Assembly: GCA_002269645.1 (NCBI GenBank)
Contig: NIVC01003648.1
Span: 1 to 64,000 of the forward strand
From: Macrostomum lignano
Taxonomy: Eukaryota
Direction: 5' to 3'
DNA: 64,000 bases
A model generated the notes under the pieces. The model was not told where the DNA came from. It searched no databases and saw only the letters and a program-made list of their open reading frames with translations. Positions 57,101-64,000 of the stretch are shown here, piece by piece; the stretch's first letter is position 1, and every line of letters starts with the position of its first letter. A program made the translations under genes and the position numbers.

Positions 57101-58684
57101 TGCTTGCTTTTAATTTTGGCCTAAAAATAACTTTCCAGAGCATCATCAATGCCTGCGAAATGCCTGAGAGTGGCTTTCGTGTTCTGAAAGCTGCTATTTA
57201 AGAATGTACAGGATGGTCAGCTTGCTCGCTGGAATTAATTGGCACTGGACTGATTGCTTTGTTCCATTAGAAAAAAAGTTCACGAGCCGAAAAACGAACT
57301 GAATTTTCAATTTTTTTTCGTCTCGTATCAGTTTAAAATACTCAGACATAGCAACCCCGGCAGTCATTTTGCAATGAAAATCGATCTAGACTACGCTCTG
57401 CTTGATGCATTCCAGCTTAATTTTTTTTTCAAATGCTTGAAACGCATGTGCGTAGTGTTCGCTAAAGGGCCTCTTTAAAGTGCACCGGATCTTTGAAAAT
57501 ATTCTGCTCGCATCGCCGAAGCCAGGGGTTGAGGGGGAGGGCGACCGATGATCGAATAGAAAGTTGTGGTTGGGCACGAGGGCCGTTTCTGCGGCACTTA
57601 ATCATTTCCGCCAGAAATATGCCAGTCTCCCCTTCTGAACCCAGTTCGCAAGCGAAAGCAGATGGCCGGCCACACAGCCTCACTAAACCACAGTCAATCC
57701 CTCTGTTTTATCCAGACTTAGTCTCGTGATCTGGTCCAGTGGCCGGCACACTGCTGCAGCAGCTCCCGTGAATTATTAACATCAGCGTCAGATTCTGAAA
57801 CTGAAAGCCACAGGCGCGCTGTGGATGGAGAGAAAAGAGCCGAGTGAGCAGGAGATGCTGCTGTAGGGTCGCACAGGGTGAAAGTCCTAACTATAGCACT
57901 TTTTGCCAGACCCACACTCCTTCTACTTTCTGCTGCAGCCGAATGAGGAGCCATTGAAATAAAAAATAAGCTAAGGCTAAGCTTAGCCTTGTAATTAGTG
58001 TCTGTTGCCTTTTTGTCTTCATCAAAGCGTTGCTAATGAATATGGTTATTAAAAATTGCCACATTGATCCACCTAAATGAAAACAACCCGAAGGTGGGAG
58101 CAGAGCAAAATGATAAGATTTTAATAGCAAAATTGAATCTACTGGAAGCAGTCCACACCTGCATTGGCATAGCTCAGAGTCCCCTTTACCCATAAAATAG
58201 CTCACACAATGCAGCGCGCATCGGGATAGGCGTGGCAACAATGCGAGATTTTTTGTCCACCGTCAGAAGAGGGCAGGAAAAACGGGCACCAGCTACCACT
58301 CTGGGGCTAAATGGGGAATTCTCCCTGTGGAACAAAAGCCATACATTATTTACGGACTTAGCCGCGGCGCACACATCCCATTCCCGGCGCAAACTTCCAC
58401 GTGGGTCCTCCACCGCCGCCTCCAACTCCGCTTCCCCACCCGCTGCGCGTCTACCCTACCTTTGACGAAGATTTCACCGGTGTGGCACCTGGACGACCGG
58501 ACGTTCGATAGCGGTCGGTTTGTACTTCTATTCTGGCTGTGACCTGGGCTCAGCGGGGCTGCTCGCCTTTTACCTACCTTAGCTCCCTCTCTCCTGTCCT
58601 CCTTTTACTTGCTTTCCAGATACTTTTGCTCTCTGCCTCTCGATGAACGATCCAGTTTAGTCTGTGCTACACTGCGATCAATAA

Positions 58685-59513
58685 GTCAGTCAGTCAGTCA
58701 GTCAGTCAGTCAGTCAGTCAGTCAGTCAGTCAGTCAGTCAGTCAGTCAGTCAGTCAGTCAATCAGTCAGTCAGTCAGTCAGTCAGTCAGTCAGTCAGTCA
58801 GTCAGTCAGTCAGTCAGTCAGTCAGTCAGTCAGTCAGTCAGTCAGTCAGTCAGTCAGTCAGTCAGTCAGTCAGTCAGTCAGTCAGTCAGTCAGTCAGTCA
58901 GTCAGTCAGTCAGTCAGTCAGTCAGTCAGTCAGTCAGTCAGTCAGTCAGTCAGTCAGTCAGTCAGTCAGTCAGTCAGTCAGTCAGTCAGTCAGTCAGTCA
59001 GTCAGTCAGTCAGTCAGTCAGTCAGTCAGTCAGTCAGTCAGTCAGTCAGTCAGTCAGTCAGTCAGTCAGTCAGTCAGTCAGTCAGTCAGTCAGTCAGTCA
59101 GTCAGTCAGTCAGTCAGTCAGTCAGTCAGTCAGTCAGTCAGTCAGTCAGTCAGTCAGTCAGTCAGTCAGTCAGTCAGTCAGTCAGTCAGTTAGTCAGTCA
59201 GTCAGTCAGTCAGTCAGTCAGTCAGTCAGTCAGTCAGTCAGTCACAGTCAGTCACAGTCAGTCAGTCAGTCAGTCAGTCAGTCAGTCAGTCAGTCAGTCA
59301 GTCAGTCAGTCACAGTCAGTCAGTCAGTCAGTCAGTCAGTCAGTCAGTCAGTCAGTCAGTCAGTCAGTCAGTCAGTCAGTCAGTCAGTCAGTCAGTCAGT
59401 CAGTCAGTCAGTCAGTCAGTCAGTCAGTCAGTCAGTCAGTCAGTCAGTCAGTCAGTCAGTCAGTCAGTCAGTCAGTCAGTCAGTCAGTCACATTCAGTCA
59501 GTCAGTCAGTCAG
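58685..59513. repeat. (CAGT)n microsatellite, about 830 bp
   Basis: Direct inspection. Confidence 0.98.
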
Positions 59514-60471
59514 TGCGTTCTCCAAAATATGTTTTATCCCTGTCCTTTCCAGCCCAGTTGATAAATTTCTACAATTCCTAATCAGTTCCATATGCCAGCC
59601 GACGTGTCCGCATCTGTCAGTTTCGTGTGCAGGCAGGCGGGCAGGCTATCGCAGTTTGGCACACTTCAGTAAAACTTAATCCACGCCATGCGCAGTCAGC
59701 TGCGATGCTGCTAGGCCAAGCCAGCCTGCGCCTGCCTAAGATTTCGTTCGTGGACAAACAAAATGGCATGGCGCCGGAGCCGACTTTATCGGATCTTCGA
59801 TACGTCAGCAGCCGCCTTTTCGAACTTCAAGTGCCGCCCCAGGCCTCCCGCTGCAGACATCAAGTGCGTGCAGCAAAATTTTACCCTTCTGGCTGTCGTA
59901 AAAAAACAATGCGAAAAGGTCTACAACCGCTATTCTTCTATTCTGGCTGTCCAACTGACATTTTTCGATTTCTTCCCCACATTCGAAAGTAAATTCTGTG
60001 TGCAATTCATTGTTTAGTAAACTTCGGCTTAGAAAGTTTTGCATGGTTTTTAATTTGTTAATAAAAGGTCACATTTTAGGCGACATGTATTGAAAATTTG
60101 ATATTTTATCCGACTTGTGAACTTCGGACAGAACGCAATATATTGAAACAATAATTTACTTCATTTTCTTCATAAAGTTATTTTAATAAGCAATTCTGAA
60201 ACTCACATCAGAAATATCAAGACGAAAATAGAACCGCGAGAAAGCACAATAGGATTTTGTTTGCACACTTTGTCATGTCGCCAGCCTGAAGTTTACCTCT
60301 TAGTTTAGTTAGCTAGAGCTCAGCACCCCTAGCTGACACCTAGGGGCTCCTGGGCAAACATGTGCCTGTTTCCACCAGCTCAGCTCTGACACTTCCACAG
60401 GACAGAGGCAGCGCTTCAGCCACTGCTTGCTCAGTGCATGCGTGAGTAGAAGGGGGCGGGAAGAGGGAAGA

Positions 60472-61008
<537 letters not shown>

Positions 61009-61651
61009 GGAGTGAATTGAGTATGAGAATAAGGCTGTAAATAAATAAGGGGCAGTATCAAACAGGCGAGAGTGACTATTGATCTGCAAAAGCGCATACG
61101 CTCGTAAGAGTACAGGTCTCCTAGAGCCCATCGCCTGACTGGGATGCTGAGAGTTGCAGTGTGGAAGCGGTGAAACTGGGCTGATGAAGGATACGCTGTG
61201 CTGTTTTCAGAAGATAAGATGCGCCAAAGTCTGATGATGAACTGCGAAATCGAAGCTGACAAGTTCAGCGAGCTGACGACGAACTTTCTAAAATTAGTAT
61301 CGAAGTTGATTCGCTTCTTAGGCATAGCAGAAGGGTCGTGGAAATGCTAATCTAACTATAAATTTGGTTCAGTATTCGTTACTTTTCTGCCCTGTTTGTC
61401 CATGCAGTGAAATGTAAAGAATACGTGCCCTTTATCTGATTATGCAATTCTTGTTGTCAGGTGAAGCAGCTAATTAAATTTTGTGATAATTGCTTTTGGG
61501 TGGCACAAAAGCATTTAGAATTAATGACAAGGATTGTCTCACAAAGCAATTATAATTTTACGTTTAGATAATTGGACAAAAACTGTAATTAATAAAGTTG
61601 TGAATTTTATTTGCGCCAGATAGAAAGTATCGTTTTTGTAGCCATACTACG

Positions 61652-61987
61652 TTTCCTTAGCCCAGTGGTCTATCGCGCTCTGATGTGCCAGCGGCCCAGG
61701 CTCGATTCCAAGTGCAGTCACATTAATTTGGGGCTAAATTGGAATCTCGGCTTGGCTCTGCTCGTGCAATTAACGGCCTTGAGGGCCAACCCCCAAGGCC
61801 CAAAGAAGTGTAAATGCCTAACGATAAAATAAAGTTAGGGCCGCTGTACACTCCTGTGTGAGTGTGCCTGTACGTATGACTGTGTACGTATCCGCACGCT
61901 TGTGTGCCTGCTCGGGGGAGTCGGCGGAATGGGCAGTAATGCATCTCGCCAGTTGTGTGACAACAACAGTAACAACAACAACAAAAA
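61652..61987 (+). mobile_element. tRNA-derived SINE, second copy, (CAA)n tail
   Basis: A box TAGCCCAGTGG 61658-61668, B box-like GGCTCGATTCC 61699-61709; about 300 bp similar to the reverse complement of 27998-28290; ends in caacaacagtaacaacaacaacaaaaa. Confidence 0.85.
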
Positions 61988-62009
61988 GTCACGCAGCCCC
62001 GCATTCAAA

Positions 62010-62345
62010 GTCACAGTTAGAGCAGGGTGCATCAGATGGCGCCGCAGAGCCTGAGAGCGGACGAAGTCCACCCCGTTGGCAGTGTCGGGCGCCCCGGCGT
62101 CGCATAGGAGGCAGTCCACGTATCGACGGGTTCAGGCTTGACCCCGCCTAAGCGGGGCCTGCAAGGTGAGTAGCAGGACGTCCTGAACAGATTGGGGGCA
62201 GTAGCCCGGCCTCGGCCCGGATCACGTGGCCCACCATGCAGTTGAAGTCGCCGCCGGCGCAGGATGGTGGACGGGTGCTGCAGCTTGGCCCGATCGTACA
62301 GGGCCCCGGTCCCGACGTTCTCGTCAGCCCGAAAGGCCGCATGAA
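62010..62345 (-). pseudogene. decayed coding fragment (GGDFN ... TRRYVDCLLCDAG), possibly EEP/AP-endonuclease-like and retroelement-derived
   Basis: GC-rich island; with two frameshifts and one TGA reads LYDRAKLQHPSTIL-AGGDFNCMVGHVIRAEAGLLP-QSVQDVLLLTLQAPLRRGQA*TRRYVDCLLCDAGAPDTANGVDFVRSQALRRHL. Confidence 0.5.
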
Positions 62346-62414
62346 CAGTCGCTTAAAATGCGCCAATGTGCACGCAGCTCCCCGCTTGTAACTCCAACTA
62401 CGAGTAAAACTTGC

Positions 62415-62655
62415 TTTTGGCATGCTAAGTTAGATAACAAGCATCCAAAGTTGAAGTCCTATTAAAACAAAGACAGGCTGGGCCATAGACAACGCGCAAA
62501 TTTATGACTATGCCTGCTTGCTGGTCTCTCAATCGGCCGTTTCTCAATCAGAGATGATTGCATGACGTGTTTTCTCTGGCCCAAACCCAGCTTTAGCCTA
62601 TAGCCACATGGGTTTTCAAATTTTAATGTCCGTTCCTAACTTAAGCATGCCAAAA
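62415..62655. repeat. short imperfect inverted repeat, possible old MITE
   Basis: ttttggcatgctaagttag vs ctaacttaagcatgccaaaa, with weaker inner symmetry. Confidence 0.4.
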
Positions 62656-64000
62656 CCGTAATGCGAACGAGCTTTACTATTCCCCTGAAACGGTTAGAAT
62701 GTCTATGCAGAATCTCCGAGGCGCATAGATCACATTCTAAAAGTTTCAGACAAATAATAAAATTGGGATTCATACTGAGTAGGTCCTTAGTCTTCGATGA
62801 CGATTTTGAAATTTCTACCTGCAGACAGGGCAGTACTTAAAAACCAATAATACTACAAACATCGCAAAAAGTTTCAAATTTCAACCGAAATTACTGTTCA
62901 ATTTTTGCTTATAAGAATATTCGACATTATAAATTATTTGCATCATGCGGCAGCCCCGGTTGGAACTATAAATCAGTTCGATACGGAATAATATATCCGA
63001 TTCCAAGGATTTATTGGCCACTTCGTGAAAACTGAAAGCATACGGCATGAAGCAATAAATTTCGGAGTGTATGGCTTCAAGACGCGCTGTCTGCGGCAGG
63101 ATCTTCTTCTTTTAGGATTCAGTCCTGCACTTGCTTATCGGCGCTGATTTTGGTACTTCAAATTAACTTCATCCACAACCACTGCGCACGCCACAGCCTA
63201 ATGGACACATGCAGTTCGCTTCGTTCTAAGAATTCCTACGAAGCCAGAGGAAGTGCAGTTATTGCACCGGCAATGCAATCGCAGATGCCATGGTAGCTCT
63301 GCGTGCATGCGCTGGCTGTTTACAGGAAACCATGCACGCAGGCCTGCATATGAAGCCAGCTGTGTGCACGCTAGACTCTGTATTATTCAACAACACCAAA
63401 CCGGCCATTCGAGGTCTGCAACGTGACCAATTGATGGAATATATTCGCTTTTAATCCAAATCAAGCTAAGTGGTAAACGACGCAAAAAGCTTTCGTTCCG
63501 TTGGCGGTGCGTCAAAGGCCCCTCTTACCCCTCATACATTTCGGCATGTCAACCGCTTCGTAATTATTGCTAAATTTAATTCTTATGCAAGATGTAGACT
63601 TACTGTTGCTGCTGATATCAGTCAGGGGCCGAGTCGAGTGCCAAGCAGCTACATTGCATGTGTATGCATCAACAGAGGTACAGTACAGTATGCTGAAAGC
63701 ACTTCTCAGTAGTAGCGCTGGCGCGGTGCTCACTATGGCTCTTTGTAAAGCCTCAACAACAACAAAAACAGCAACAACAAAGAGGCATTATGTCATGAAT
63801 AATAAAAAACTGACATTTTTATTCTTTTCTCTGGTATTGCTATTAGCCACTGGCTACCATAGATGACCAAATGGACACATTATCTCGACACTTGAAGGCT
63901 TCTGGATAGAGTTTTTTGTAATGTAAATCGTCTATGGCGATTAACTCTTACCGGCATATAAGCTCGATCTTATACGAGTAGCTAGCTAGGATCGAAGTTA

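Noticed and set aside
59763-60017. 84-aa ORF next to (CAGT)n; also a coding-like stretch at 61190-61350
   Set aside because: No recognisable motif, splice support or second copy in the window.

Overview
Eukaryotic (animal) genomic DNA with short GC-rich exons and introns packed with mini- and microsatellites. The style resembles a free-living flatworm such as Macrostomum, but that is an unverified inference. Three spliced genes were reconstructed by hand from GT/GC-AG boundaries, intron phase and recalled protein similarity. (1) The 3' part of WDR33 (polyadenylation factor, + strand, 1250 to about 6229), with about 7 apparent single-base deletions. (2) A complete 8-exon stomatin/MEC-2-like SPFH gene (+, 18052-37591, 362 aa). 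(3) A complete 9-exon NCX/SLC8 Na+/Ca2+ exchanger (-, 54189-40616, 905 aa), convergent with stomatin, containing a GC-AG intron and a 51-nt His/Cys-rich cassette exon in CBD2. Non-coding DNA holds about 30 tandem arrays, two P-superfamily-like MITEs with 8-bp TSDs, two CACC..GGTG MITEs, two copies of a tRNA-derived SINE, a 230-bp dispersed repeat, and two decayed, mutually homologous coding relics of an unidentified protein (TRRYVxCLLxDAG). Most long ORFs in the supplied track are artefacts of tandem repeats. The most unusual signals are intronic minisatellites whose units look like complete 3' splice sites, the paired orphan coding relics, and the NCX cassette exon.
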